Positions 51,259-63,489 of a DNA stretch of 64,000 nucleotides are shown here, piece after piece (position 1 is the stretch's first letter; each line of letters opens with the position of its first letter). Source of the DNA: Chiloscyllium plagiosum. Lineage: Eukaryota. A program made the translations under genes and the position numbers. The notes under the pieces are model-generated. The model was not told where the DNA came from. It saw nothing but the letters and a program-made list of their open reading frames with translations, and did no database searches. Location of the stretch: assembly GCF_004010195.1 (NCBI RefSeq), contig NC_057751.1:13404711-13468710 (forward strand). Direction: 5' to 3'.

Positions 51259-53190
51259 TGTTATGATCTCAGCTGATGGTACTACTTGGGCAAGTCAGAC
51301 CCCAGAATGAAATATGGCTTTATCAATCATATGTTTAATTCTATTTTGTTTAGAATATTGACATAATGGTTAGTCAATAAAATATATTTCATATGATGTT
51401 GCAGATGTTCTTTAACAAAATATACAAGTTTATTATGCAAAAAAAAATCTAACCAACGTTTATGTATATTGCAGTTGGAAAGATCTTAACATGCCACAAA
51501 GGGATATAGATAGGTTAAGTCAGTGGGCAAAGATAAGTATAATTGTCTACTTTAGCATAAAGAATTAAAAGGAAACATATTATCTAAATAATGAAAGGTT
51601 GCAGAACTATGAGATGCAGAGAGATGTGGGTGTTCTAGTACATGAATCAGAGATAGTTAGGATGCAGGTACAGAAAGTAATAAGAAAGCTAACAAACTTA
51701 TGTTTTATTGCAGGTGGAATGGAATGCGATAGTGAGGAGGTTATGCTGTGGTTACACATGGCATTGGTAAGACCACATCTGGACTACTGTGTACGTTATT
51801 GATCACTGTCCTTACAGTTCAAAGAAGGTTTACTAAACTAATAGATGGAATGAGAAGATTGCCTTATCAAGAAAGTCTGGACAAGCTGGGTCTGTATCTT
51901 CAGAAATTACAAGAGTCAGAGGTGACTTAATTTACATGTAAGATCCTGAGGGGACGTGACCAGGTGGATGTTTCCTCTCATGAGAAAATCTGTAACGGGA
52001 GATCCTAGAATAAAAAATAAGACGTCACACATTTAAGACAGAGATGGCAAAAAAAATTATTTCAGAGGTTTGTTAGTCTTTGGAATTCCCTTCCTCAAAA
52101 GGCAGCGAATACAGAATCTTGAAATATTTTTCAGGCAGAGGGAGACAGATTCTTGATTACCAAGGGAATGTTTTTTAATCGGGGGTCTGCAGGAGTGAAG
52201 AGTTGAGGTTAAAATCGATCTTACTGATTGGCGGAGAAGGCTCAAAAGGTTGAGTGATGAATTCTTGTTCCTTATACATGTGGTCATAAGTCTGTCACAA
52301 TGTTTTACACTGTTTCACAACACTATCCCTTACAGAGACTAGGTCCAGAGAAATTGTATTACTATCTCAACACTTTTAAGTTACTAGTTAACTGACTCCA
52401 TCCAGTTTCCCTTTTGTGAATTGTAAAGACAACTTTGTGATTCCCCCCTCAAGTCTGATGGCATGAACCTTTCACAAGTCTAATCACGTAAACTTTTTCC
52501 AGTTCTTAACAACAAAGCTCTCCTGGCTTGAAATCTTCAAAAACCAGAACAAAATAAAACACTGCTACTGCAGTGATTAGTTTCCTTTGAACTGAAATGC
52601 ACCCTGCTAAGTGAGAAACCAAAACTGGTTTCTGAACTCAACGAACTAAAACTCTGGTATTTTCTGAAGTGAACTGAAAAAACTATTGCCTTAATGTGTT
52701 TACACAGCTTCCCATAAACACAAAGGTAGAAACATCTTATTCTATTAACACTCCAAAGGTTCTCCCAAGGCCTTGACTTTCATCACATGTTTTCCTGAAA
52801 CAATGTTAAAAATCACACAACACCAGGAAAAAAGTCCAACAGGTTTACTTGGAAGCACTAGCTTTCTTAATACTGCTCCTTCATCAGGTGGTTGTGGATT
52901 ATAAGATTGTAAAACACAGAATTTATAGCCAACGTTTTCAGTGTGATGTAACTGAAATTATATTTTGAAAAAGACCTGGATTGTTTGTTAAGTCTTTCAT
53001 CTTTCAGAATGACCATGTTGGTTTCAGTTCTTTCAAATGTAAATTGCAAAACTTTTTTTAAAAAAGTTACATTTTCAAGTTTCCTGGAACAGTTCATTTT
53101 CTGACCTTTTCTTAAAAAGTCTTCACAGCACTAATCATTTCCATTTGCCTAACTTCTTTAAAACAAGACAAATACACACCGTTCATTACA
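51259..53190 (-). mobile_element. Probable solo LTR interrupted by CR1 (about 51485-52290) and a family B PLE
   Basis: TGTTATGA...ATTACA termini; CTTG/CATG flanks. Confidence 0.5.
52803..53080 (-). mobile_element. Family B Penelope-derived element
   Basis: TSD TTTCCTG(A/G)AACA at 52791-52802 and 53080-53091; hammerhead stem II damaged. Confidence 0.8.
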
Positions 53191-54139
53191 CATGTGAAAA
53201 TGTTACTATGATGGGGAGGGCACACAGGAGGAAAGTGTACTTAAGAGTGGTAAAAGAAATCAAGTGAAATAAAAATCAGAGCAATTCAAGGATCAATCAA
53301 AAATTGAAAATTCAAAAGTTGACATTCCAGTAATAATTTTGCCTCATACAGAAGGTGCTTGAAAAGTTAGATTGAATGTTACGCTATCTCCCAGAAAATT
53401 ATCTCACTGACTTTTGAAAGATATTGCAACCCATCATGCCTCACAAACATCATTACCTGGTGCCAATCTGCTATTTCTTCCCCATACCCTTGCAGAAGGT
53501 TTCAATTCCAAATGATCATTCCAATTCCTTCTTGAATGCCTCCATGACATTTCCAACTAAATACACTGAGCAAGGATTATCTGTAAGGTTATTGTAGAGG
53601 CTAAAAGAGTTGAATCTTTATTTATGATATTTGTAACAAGGCTATTTCAAATAGCTGCTATCTAGTGTAAATACAGTTTGTGTGATTTCCTTTTGAGAAA
53701 CAAGCATTGATGGACTTTCCTAGAAGTACACTGAAAGCCTTTTGGGAATGTATTGTGACTGATTACCATGGTAAACATATTGCAAAAAATTAGTGTCATG
53801 GTCTGTAAAGCCAAGTTTCCCTCCTGGGATCTGAATTGTCCAGTAATACCATCAGCTAGGATGATAGCAGTTTGCTCTGTAATAACATTCATTCCAAAAT
53901 GTGATTTACATGTTAACTCATAAATGATTAAGAATGCATGACTGATTAGAACTATGAAGAAATATTCTGATTGTTATCTTGTCACTGTTTTCACTCATTG
54001 ACCATCTGACCTCTTTATTCCTCATTAAGTGGGGTAAATTCAATGCAAATATTCTTGGCTGAGAGCTTTTATAACATATAAATAACAAAAATGAGCATCT
54101 CCTAATAAGTGTTCAGATAATTTTGTAAGTTCAGAAGTC

Positions 54140-54450
54140 GTTGGAGGAGAAGAAGGCAGTTCAGCTATCAAGTCTGCCCTGCCTTTCAATAAGATCATGG
54201 CTGATCTGAACCTCAAACCATTTTCCTGCTCTTTCTCCATAGCACATGATTCCTTTACTGATTAGAAATCTGACTATTTCAAGCGTAAATTTGCTTAACA
54301 GCCCTCCATGAGAAAGAATTTGACAGATTCACTCCCCATGGAGAGAATAAATTCTTCCTCATCCTTGTCTTAAATGTGAGGCCCCTTATTCTGAGATTAT
54401 GTCCTGTGGTCCTAGACTCTCCCACAAGGGAAGAATTATTCCATTTATAA
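54140..54450 (-). mobile_element. CR1 3' end
   Basis: GESRTTGHNLRIRGLTFKTRMRKNLFS. Confidence 0.8.
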
Positions 54451-54475
54451 TTCCAAGTATAACATTTTTCTTTAA

Positions 54476-55040
54476 GATTTGGAAACACCGGTGTTCAACT
54501 GGGGTGTACAAAGTTAAAGATCACACAACACCAGGTTATAGTCCAACAGGTTTATTTGGAAGCACTAGCTTTCGGAGCACTGATCCTTCACCAGGTGGTT
54601 GTGGAGAATAAGATTGTAAGACATAGAATTTATAGCAAAGGTTTACAGTGTGAAGTAACTGAAATTATATATTGAAAAAGACCTGGATTGTTTGTTAAGT
54701 CTCTCATGTTTTAGAATGACTATTTTGGTTTCAGTTCTTTCATATGTAAATTACAAAACTTTTTTTTCACTTGAGAATGTAACTTTTAAAAAAAGTTTTG
54801 TGACTTACATATCAAAGAACTGAAACCAACACTGTCATTCTAAAACATGAGAGACTTCACAAACAATCCAGGTCTTTTTCAATATATAATTTCGGTTACA
54901 TCACACTGTAAACTTTTGCTATAAATTCTGTGTCTTACAATCTTATTCTCCACAACCACCTGATGAAGGAGCAGCGCTCCGAAAGCTCGTGCTTCCAAAT
55001 AAACCTGTTGGACTATAACCTGGTGTTGTGTGACCTTTAA
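54476..55040. mobile_element. Family B fold-back dimer (about 255-bp inverted arms)
   Basis: 54513-54767 is inverted relative to 54788-55040; degenerate TSD ATTT(T/A)TCTT(T/C)AA at 54464-54475 and 55040-55051. Confidence 0.88.
54957..54991 (+). ncRNA. Minimal type I hammerhead ribozyme motif (family B)
   Basis: CAC-CTGATGA-A-GGAGC/AGC/GCTCC-GAAA-GC-TC-GTG; stem I CAC/GTG. Confidence 0.75.
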
Positions 55041-55455
55041 TTTATCTTCAAAATTTGATTGTCTATTTACATTGGAATTACAAATATTTTATAATTTTGA
55101 AATGTTGAAGTTGCATCATATTCATGATTAAATATTAGCATAATCTTTTCTATTCAATTTTCAAATTCACTTGGCAATGATACAAATCATGCTGAAATCT
55201 GTCAACACATCATGGCCTTTCAGGATATCTCACTTCCACAAAAAAAATTTGAGAAACACAATTTTCTTTTCACAAAAAATGTGCCCGCAAATGAAGGATT
55301 CTATGTAGGGGTACAGATCTTCCATTGTACTATGTTCATTACTGACAACTTCAGAATAACCGATTTAATTGTTAACATTAAGTTTCTGTCTGTTTGTTGC
55401 CTAATTAAATTGACTGATAATTATCTAATTGTTTTCAGTCAGTCATATTTTTCAG

Positions 55456-55616
55456 AAGAAGGTGAGGACTGCAGATGCTGGAGATCAGAGCTTAAAAATG
55501 TGTTGCTGGAAATCAAATGTGTTGATTCCTGAAGAAAGGCTTATGCCCGAAACGTTGATTCTCCTGCTCTTTTGATGCTGCCTGACCTGCTGCGCTTTTC
55601 CAGCAACACATTTTTA
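55456..55616. mobile_element. Fold-back family A insertion with one arm partly deleted, 15-bp TSD
   Basis: TSD AGTCATATTT(T/C)TCAG at 55441-55455 and 55617-55631. Confidence 0.85.
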
Positions 55617-55686
55617 AGTCATATTTCTCAGTCAACAAACCTGCCCAAGCAAGACACCATACTGGCTGATACCAACATGTAGTGAT

Positions 55687-56925
55687 TGTAACAAGGTCAG
55701 CCAGGCGGACATCATAGAATAAGAGTTTCCTTATGGTGGCTGTTGGTCTAATCCAAACAGGGAGCCCTGGATATGAGCAAGAGTATCAGAGGTCCTGGTC
55801 ACTCTGAGAGCTGGTTCTGAGGAAGCTGGATCAGTGCTAAGACCTCTCCACATGTAATTAAGGAGTGACTTGGTGCAAGATACTGGCCTTTGTGCAGCTC
55901 ATTCAGTGGCAATGAGAGCAAAGCACACTCTTGAAGAAATTCACTTGTACAGCAGCCTTTGAGTGAGATAAATACTTCTGGCATCATGTCTTTCTCAGGA
56001 AATTTGACTCATTCAATCCTGTTATCGAAGCATGGGTCCAGTATGTGAAAAGGATGCATTATTGTTTTCTGAACAAATGACATTGGGGCAGATGAGAAGG
56101 CATGGGTAATTTTCCTGATAGTTTGTGGACCTGCACAAGCGGGTTTGGAGGATCCTAACTTTCCCTGAAGCACCAGATAAGAAAACCTTGCAAGAGCTGA
56201 TGGATTTAGTTAAGAAGTATTGTGATTCCAAGCCTCCTCTAATTCTGAGACACTATCGTTTTTCATTCGGCAATTCGAGAACCAGGGAAATCGGTATTTG
56301 GATTTTTGATTCAGTTAAGAATACTGCCAGAGGCAAATGGCTCTCGTTTCATCCTTAATGAGATGCTGGGAGACCATTAGATATGTGGGATTAATGATGT
56401 AACCATCCAAAAGTGCCTACCAGTTGAAGTCCAACTGGACTTCAAACAGGTGCTACTACTGGCTTTGTCGTTAGAAAATGCAGCAAGTGGAGCATGTGAG
56501 TTGCAGGGTATTCTGATGGAGAGGACACTCTCCCCAGTCCGACTGAGCCTAAGAAACACCACTTGAGTTCAGGCAATTGCATCGCCTCACTCAGGACATA
56601 TTTTGAACAGAGGAACTCTAGATAAACCCACAGCAAAACCCCAAAATAAAGCCAAGCCTCAGCCAAACGGTTAATTTTTTTTTTCAGGATTTAGGCCGGC
56701 AAGCCATTGTATTTGCTGCCAGCATATAGACTTGAGACAGCTAAAGAGTCCCACTGGATCTAAACTGAGTAAGAGAACTCATAGACCGGTATCCAACAGA
56801 GTGCACATCCTAGAATATCCACCCATACCTGATTTGGAACAGTTAAATTGCTTAGCAACATCCAAATCAGAACCAATCAAAATAAACATCTGGTTAAATG
56901 GTCACCCAATTCCAACAGAAATATC
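55687..56925 (+). mobile_element. Gypsy LTR retrotransposon 5' fragment (LTR, PBS, decayed gag, start of protease)
   Basis: TG..CA LTR at 55687-55905, then GTGGCAATGAG (PBS-like); PDKKTLQELMDLVKKYCDSKPPLILRHYRF; MLGDH*ICGIND..IQK; PIKINIWLNGHP. Confidence 0.78.
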
Positions 56926-56989
56926 AAGAGGGATATGGTGGCACAGTGGTAATGCCCTTGAACCAGTAATCCAGAAGGTCGAGCTAGTA

Positions 56990-57890
56990 TAACAAATACA
57001 AAATTCTGCAGATTCTGGCGACTGAAAATAATAACAGGAAATGTTTGAGAAACTCAGCAGTTCCAGCAGAAGGGCACCATAGTTAAAGGCAAAAGAAAAT
57101 GAGAGTGGCCGTGATGAAAAGATAAACATGAAGACATGTGTTAACAGCAGATGTTGATGGTCGAAGTCAGCTCACTGAAAGAAAACCCATGCAAATGAGA
57201 CACTGGGCAGGTGTTATGGGGTTGCAAAAATGGAAGACAGAGATACTGACCTGAAGTTATTGCACTGAATATTGATTCCTGAAGGCTGTAAACTGCCTGA
57301 ACAAAACATTAGCTGCTCTTTCTCCAGTTTGCACTGGGCTTCACTGGAACACCGCAAAAAGCCGAGGGCAGAAATTTTAGCTTGAGAGCAAGATAGTGAA
57401 TTGAAATAGCAAGTGGTGGCAAGGTCAGAGTCATTCGTTAGGATAGAGTGGGGCTGATCCGCAAAGTAGTCATCCTGTTTGTGTTTGGTTTCACCAAGGA
57501 AGAGGAGGTTGCATTGTGAATGGTGAATACAAGTAGGTAGATTGAAAGAAGGACAAATAGTTTGCTGCTTCACCTGGAAGATTTGTTTGGGGCGATGGTC
57601 TTGAGGAGGCAAGTGATAAGGGGGCAAAGTATTCCACCTTCCATGATTACACAGGAAGATGCCATGAGGGGAGGGTAAGATGCTTATGGTGGCAATATGT
57701 TGCTGGAGGAAACAGAAATGATAAGAAGGCGATTCTTTGAATGCAGCAGCTTGTGGGTGGAAAGTGAGAATGAGAGAATATATGACTTTTTTTTGAGAGT
57801 GAGGACGAGAACAGAAATTCAGAAAATAGGTCAGGAACAACTTAGGGCTTTGTCAACCATAGTGGAGAGTATTATTTGTTGAGGATAACA
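56990..57890 (-). mobile_element. Penelope-like GIY-YIG 3' region and terminal repeat
   Basis: ORF 57214-57840: CIHHSQCNLLFLGETKHKQDDYFADQ..KLEKEQLMFCSGSLQPSGINI. Confidence 0.8.
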
Positions 57891-58712
57891 GGAAGACTAA
57901 CACAACTTCTTTTAAGCTTATTTAAATGCTAATTTTCATCGACAGCATCTCTCTGCGAGGTGTAGCAAAGTTTCTTTATGCTTACTTCCCAAACACGCAT
58001 GAACTATGCCATCACTTCCCTTTGGCGTCCTGCTTCTATTCTCTCACTCATTACAGGTGAAAATATGAGACATGGTAGAAGCACCCATGCACATCAGCGG
58101 AACACAGACAACAAGGGTGGAAAATGTGAGAGAATGGAATTAAGTCCTTACAGGAAGCAAGGTATAAGAAAGTGTTGTCAATGTAACTGTGGATATTAGG
58201 GGATGGAAGTAGAGAAGTCAAGGAAGAGAAGAAAAGATTCAGAGATGGACTAGGTTGATGGTGAGAGAAGGATGGAGTGTGAAAGCAAAAGCCCAAACTA
58301 ATGCTCTGGGAATACAGGTTCAAATCACAACCACCTCCATGGCAAATGAGGGGGTTTAAATTATATTGTTAAAATCCTCCAATTGAAAGTTGGCAAACTA
58401 TAATCGGTTACTACAAAAACCCATTAATGTCCTTTGGGAAGGAAATATGTTATCCTTATCTAATCTGGCCTACAAATGACTTCACACCCACAACAACGTT
58501 GTATTGGATTAGATTAGATTCCCTACAGTATGGAAACAGGCCCTTCAGCTCAACAAGTCGACATCAACCCTCCAAAGAGTAACCACCCAGACCCATTCCC
58601 CTACCCTATATTTACTCCTGACTAATGCAACTAACACTATGGGCAATTTAGCATGGCCAATTCACCTGACCTGCACACCTTTGGATTTCACAATAAGGAT
58701 GACTTTTAAATG

Positions 58713-59047
58713 TTAAAAATCACACAACACCAGGTTATAGTCCAACAGGTTTATTTGGAAGCACTAGCTTTCGGAGCGCTGCTCCTTCATCAGGTGGCTG
58801 TGGAATATAAGATTGTAAAACACAGAATTTATAGCAAAAGTTTACAGTGTAATGTAACTGAAATTATATATTGAAAAAGACCTGGTTGTTTGTTAAGTCT
58901 TTCATCGTAAGAATGACCATGTTGGTTTCAGTTCTTTCATATGTCAATCGCAAAATGCTTTTTTAAAAAGCATTCTTTCAAACATTGACATTCTTTCAAA
59001 AATTTTTAACTTTGTATACCCCAGTCCAACACTGGCATCTCCAAATC
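58713..59047. mobile_element. Family B insertion: long inverted arm plus short direct 3' terminus, 14-bp TSD
   Basis: TSD ATGACTTTTAAATG at 58699-58712 and 59048-59061. Confidence 0.88.
58762..58796 (-). ncRNA. Minimal type I hammerhead ribozyme motif (family B), intact
   Basis: Minus strand CAC-CTGATGA-A-GGAGC/AGC/GCTCC-GAAA-GC-TA-GTG. Confidence 0.78.
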
Positions 59048-59314
59048 ATGACTTTTAAATGCTCTCTGACATGGCTTGCTAAGCCAGGGATGCCAATATA
59101 AAATCAAAGAATACCATAAAAAAAGGGTAGCAATGGTGCAGAACAATGTCTGATGACATTTGGTAACAGCCATTGAAACCCTGCAGGACAAAACTGTCTG
59201 AAATTTTCTTCACCCTTTAATGCATTTTACAAAGAAAATTTAATTGTATGTTTTTGGTGGTGTTGCCTCAAAACAAAATATTTCAAGGTTTGTGTGAAGG
59301 TCGGCTGCCAATTG

Positions 59315-59882
59315 CAATTGTTGTGGGTATGTTTGCCGAGTGGGATTTTGTTTCACAGACATTTCGTACCCTGTCTAGATGACATCCTCAGTGCTGTGCA
59401 GCCCCTGTGAAATTCTGCTGTACTTTGGAATTTATTAGTTCTAAGATGTCCAAGATTCCATGCAGAGACTGCATGAAACACTATGTAGGATAAACAGACA
59501 GACAACTAGCCATCCGCATTCATGAACATCAACTAGTCACTAAACGCCATGTATTTATACACACACAGAGGACAAGGACCATAAATTCGACTGGGCCAAC
59601 ACAACAATATTAGGACACGCCAAATGGAGGACAGCCAGAGAATTCCAAGAAGCTTGGCACGCACCCACTGACTCCATCAATAAACACATTGACCTGGACC
59701 CAATATACCGACCACTGCAACAAACAACTGGAACCAGCAATCAGAAGCAGCTGAAAGAAATCAAATAAATTCCTGACACAATCAGGAGACTCCAGAGCAC
59801 TGAAGATATCACCAAGAAAGGGGACAAACAAAACATCTGCAAACCAAGTTCCCAGCCACACAAACATAACCACAACAACTGC
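59315..59882 (+). mobile_element. Penelope-like element (family C): inverted terminal repeat, GIY-YIG, terminal repeat
   Basis: KIPCRDCMKHYVG*TDRQLAIRIHEHQ; 59318-59400 is inverted relative to 59795-59880; hammerhead-like core on the minus strand at about 59355-59394. Confidence 0.8.
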
Positions 59883-60164
59883 AAAACAAAATACTCTTCA
59901 ACGTCTTTTCATGCATATGAACAAAAAGTTCAGAATACCTATGTGCAATACTGTCAATCATCAATATAGTTCCAAATAGTTATGGGAAGCTCCAGAATCA
60001 AAAGCATGTGCTTGGGAGCCACCTTGACTGAGAATGGAAATTCCAAATAATTAATAGTCTCAAATGTTGATCTTAAATATCTGATATGGAGAAACATAAT
60101 GCAAACAACAAGAATGGAGCTTCTTTTTGCATAGCATGGTGCTCACCTCTTCTACAATGAAGCA

Positions 60165-60445
60165 TTCCTTTATGCGCTTTGTCTTGCCTCCGGATGAAGC
60201 ATTGGAGGCATGGCCTGCTTTCTATTTTAAGTGTTGAGGTTTCCTTGGGTTGGTGATGCTATTTCCTGAAATGACATCACCACAGGAAATTACATTACCA
60301 ACCCAAGGTACCCTAAAAACATAAATAAAAAGCGGGCCATGCCACCAGTGTTTCATCCAGAGGCACACTGAAGATGTTACCTAGTATGGTGATGAAACGT
60401 CTAAAAACGAACCTTCCAGCTCAGCGAACAAACCTACATCCAGAA
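60165..60445. mobile_element. Penelope terminal repeat with hammerhead-like core
   Basis: CTGAAGA-T-GTTACC/TAGTAT/GGTGAT-GAAA-CG-TC at 60368-60401. Confidence 0.6.
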
Positions 60446-60479
60446 ATGACATAATTATAACAGGGTCATTACATAAGTC

Positions 60480-61890
60480 ATGAGCAAATTGGCATAGCAC
60501 AAGTAACATCAAAGAGTTGAATACTTAGCCCAAAGATTAGTGTAGATCATCTAGCTCTGTCTGCAATAGCTTTTAACATTTTTGCGAAGACATATCTTAA
60601 GCCAACTGGCTGTTTTGAACATAACTATCTCTTTGAGTATTGGCATTACTTCCAATCTAATAGGAATCTAGAGAGTTGTGGAAAATTAAAATCAACTATT
60701 GCACTAGCTACTTTTAAGACCCCAGGATGAAGTTCAATAGTACCCAGGCGCATTTTAACCCACAGATCCAACAATTCATTCAGGACTATTTCCATGGTGA
60801 TTGTAATTTTCCTGAGATCCTCACTTGCTTCCATTTCCTGATTTATAGCTGCTTCGAGAACACAACTTGTATCCTCTTTAATGACGACTGATGGAAAATG
60901 TGTTTACAATTCATCTGTGGTCTCTTTAGTTTTCATTGTCAATTTTCCGAAATCACTTGCTTTTGGGCAAATGCTCAATTCATTGATTATTTTCCTTTTG
61001 AAATATTCAGAAAGAGTCCTACTATCTATTTTTATGTTTCTGGTTAGTTTTCTCTCATATTGTATTTTTCCCCTTTTTATTGATATTTTTACCATTCTTT
61101 GTCCAATCTGGTAACATGCCAACTGCCTTTGCTTAATTATATGCAATGTCTTCAAGTTTGATACTACTGTTAAACTTTCCAATTAACTAAAGATAGTAGG
61201 TGCATCTTCGAGAATTTTTCTTATTCTTGGAATGTATTTATTCAGCGTATTCCGAAATATCTCCCTAAATATCTGCTCCTGCATCTTTGTTATCCTATCC
61301 TTTAACCTTGTTTGCCATTTCACTTGAGTTATCTCTGCTTTCATGTGTCGATAACTTCCTTTATCTAAGTTTACAAACGTAGTCTCCCCCAACTCTTTTC
61401 TCTGTCCAATTAAATGTAAAATTCAATTCTCTCATGCTACCTGGGGGTGCTTTCACTGTGAACTCATTAATTAAACCTATCACATTGCACAAATGTGGAT
61501 TGAGTATAACCTGGCTTCTGGTTGGCTCCAAAACACCCTGCTCAAAGAAACAATCCCAAAAACATTTGATGAACGAGGTTACCTTTGCGCATCTGATTGC
61601 CTGCACTTGGATTAAAATGTTTCATGATTATTACCATGCCTTTCTGACAAGCTCCGGTTATTTCTTCTTTTATGCTTCACCCTATCATAGGGTTACTGTT
61701 AAAGGGCCCTGTGTGTTGCTCCCCCAAGTGTCTTTGTGTCTTTATCATTTTTCATTTCTACCCAAACTGTTTCCACATCCTGTTCCCCAAATTTAGTTTA
61801 TTGTGTTTTACTTGTCTGACTGAGCCACCTCCCAATTTTCTCCTACCTTCCTTTTCTTCCTAAATGTTCTATGCCCTTCAATATTCAGAC
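60480..61890 (-). mobile_element. Old CR1 ORF2 fragment (endonuclease and linker)
   Basis: DCFFEQGVLEPTRSQVIL; KIQYERKLTRNIKIDSR; LHPGVLK. Confidence 0.75.
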
Positions 61891-61940
61891 ACCAATCCAT
61901 ATAATTGTACAGTTGCCTGGTAGCAATTCAATTCTAGAAT

Positions 61941-62133
61941 GATAGAATCCCGACAGTGAGGAAAGAAACCATTCGCCCATTGAGATTGCACCAATCCTCT
62001 GAAGAGCTCTGCACCCAGACCCACCCTATCACTATAACCATGCATTTTCCATGCATAACTCACCAAGCCAACACAACCCTGGAAATTATGGGCCACTTAC
62101 TACGGCCAATCCACCTAATCTGCACACCTTTGG
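61941..62133 (-). mobile_element. HE1-like SINE 3' part
   Basis: Tail and V-domain end as in other copies. Confidence 0.7.
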
Positions 62134-63248
62134 TCAGGCTGTTCCTTGACTTGTCTGTGAGACAGTTCTCCCAATTTTGGGCCAAGTCCTATTTGTTAGT
62201 AAGGAGGACATCACAGAGTTGACAGGACTGGGTTTGCCATTGTCATTTCTAGTGCCAAGGTCAATGCCAGGTGGTCTGTCTAGTTTTCTTTTTTTTTTCA
62301 ACTTTGTAGTAGTTTTATACAACTGAACAGCTTGTTAGACCAGTTCAGAAGGCATTTAAGAGGCAACCACATTGCTGAGAGTCTGGAGTCACACAAAGGC
62401 TAGACCACATAAGGATGCAGATTTCCTGCCCCAAAGGATTTTGGTGAACCAGTCAGTTTTTTTTTTATTACTCTAGACAATGGCTTTGTGGTCACCACTT
62501 GTTTAAAATGAAATTATGTTCTACTAGCTGTAGTCTCCAGCTGTCTGGTCTTCTGGACTACTAACACAGTGACATTCTGAGTTCAGTTAAGGTTCCTGTT
62601 TTTGTACGAAGGGTTGAGCTGTTTGAGACTATACTCACTAGAGTGTAGAACAATTAGAAGCAATCTCATCAAAACATGTAAAATTCAGCGAGGCGTTGAC
62701 AGCGTAGATGCTTCCACTCATAGAGGAATCTAAATCTAGGGAACAGTTTTTTTGTCTCAACGGGTCAACTGTCTTTGAAATTCCCCTTACAAGAAGCAGT
62801 GGACATTGGGTGTTTGAGAGATTGGAAGGGTAAAAACAACACACAGTTGTCTGTAAGAACACTTCTGGATATCAGAACTCTAGATATAAAAGACAGATAT
62901 TAACTTCATGGTCTGCATGTTGTCACCAAACAGTAGGACTGTTTAGTACAAAGTCATGACAAATTTTGCCAGCGATTATCTCAGGGACACAAAATAGATG
63001 ATTCCTCCACATCATGAGTTGGTTGATCTCAGTACCCAAATGCAGCTGACTTCAGCACCCAAGGCTAGGAAAATAAGCAGATTGGATTACTCCATAATGA
63101 ACCAGCAGTAAATGGCTGAATGGCCTCCTTGCATGCCATGAATATCCCTGATTCATAACTTCAGCTGCCTGGGCCTGAAGCTCTGAAATTCCCTCTCTGA
63201 TCCTCTCGACCTTATGTCCTTACTCTTTCCCAAACGCTTCTTAAAATC

Positions 63249-63425
63249 TGAAATAACTCCACAGAGGCTGGTATCCCGTCACCAAGTCACCCTTTATTTA
63301 CCTGTGCACAGCTACCCTACCCCAGAGCCAGAGTGAGGAGAATCCCTGAGACTCCTGTTTTATCTATCAGCCAAGACCCCCTTATTGGCACACGTTAACA
63401 ATCCCAATAGGGAACCTCTTTCCAA
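63249..63425 (-). mobile_element. LTR fragment of the same family as 55687-55905
   Basis: CAGAGGCTGGTATCCCGTCACCAAGTCACCCTTTATTTAC is the reverse complement of the 3' part of that LTR. Confidence 0.6.
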
Positions 63426-63489
63426 TCATGACAAAACATATTCCTTCAGCTAAGCTTTTGATCATGTGCCCTCTTTTTCTCTTTCTATT

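Larger units (their letters stand above)
58290..59090 (+). mobile_element. Old tRNA-derived Deu-domain-type SINE interrupted by an HE1 piece (58506-58686, minus) and a family B PLE
   Basis: AATGTCCTTTGGGAAGGAAAT..ATCCTTATCTAATCTGGCCTACA..GACTT; a related minus-strand copy lies at 62320-62580. Confidence 0.5.

Noticed and set aside
57214..57840. Longest ORF (208 aa) as a host gene
   Set aside because: Degenerate Penelope GIY-YIG with eroded motifs.
50899..59047. Recurrent repeats as a CRISPR array or satellite
   Set aside because: Dispersed, long, in mixed orientation with individual TSDs; eukaryotic context.
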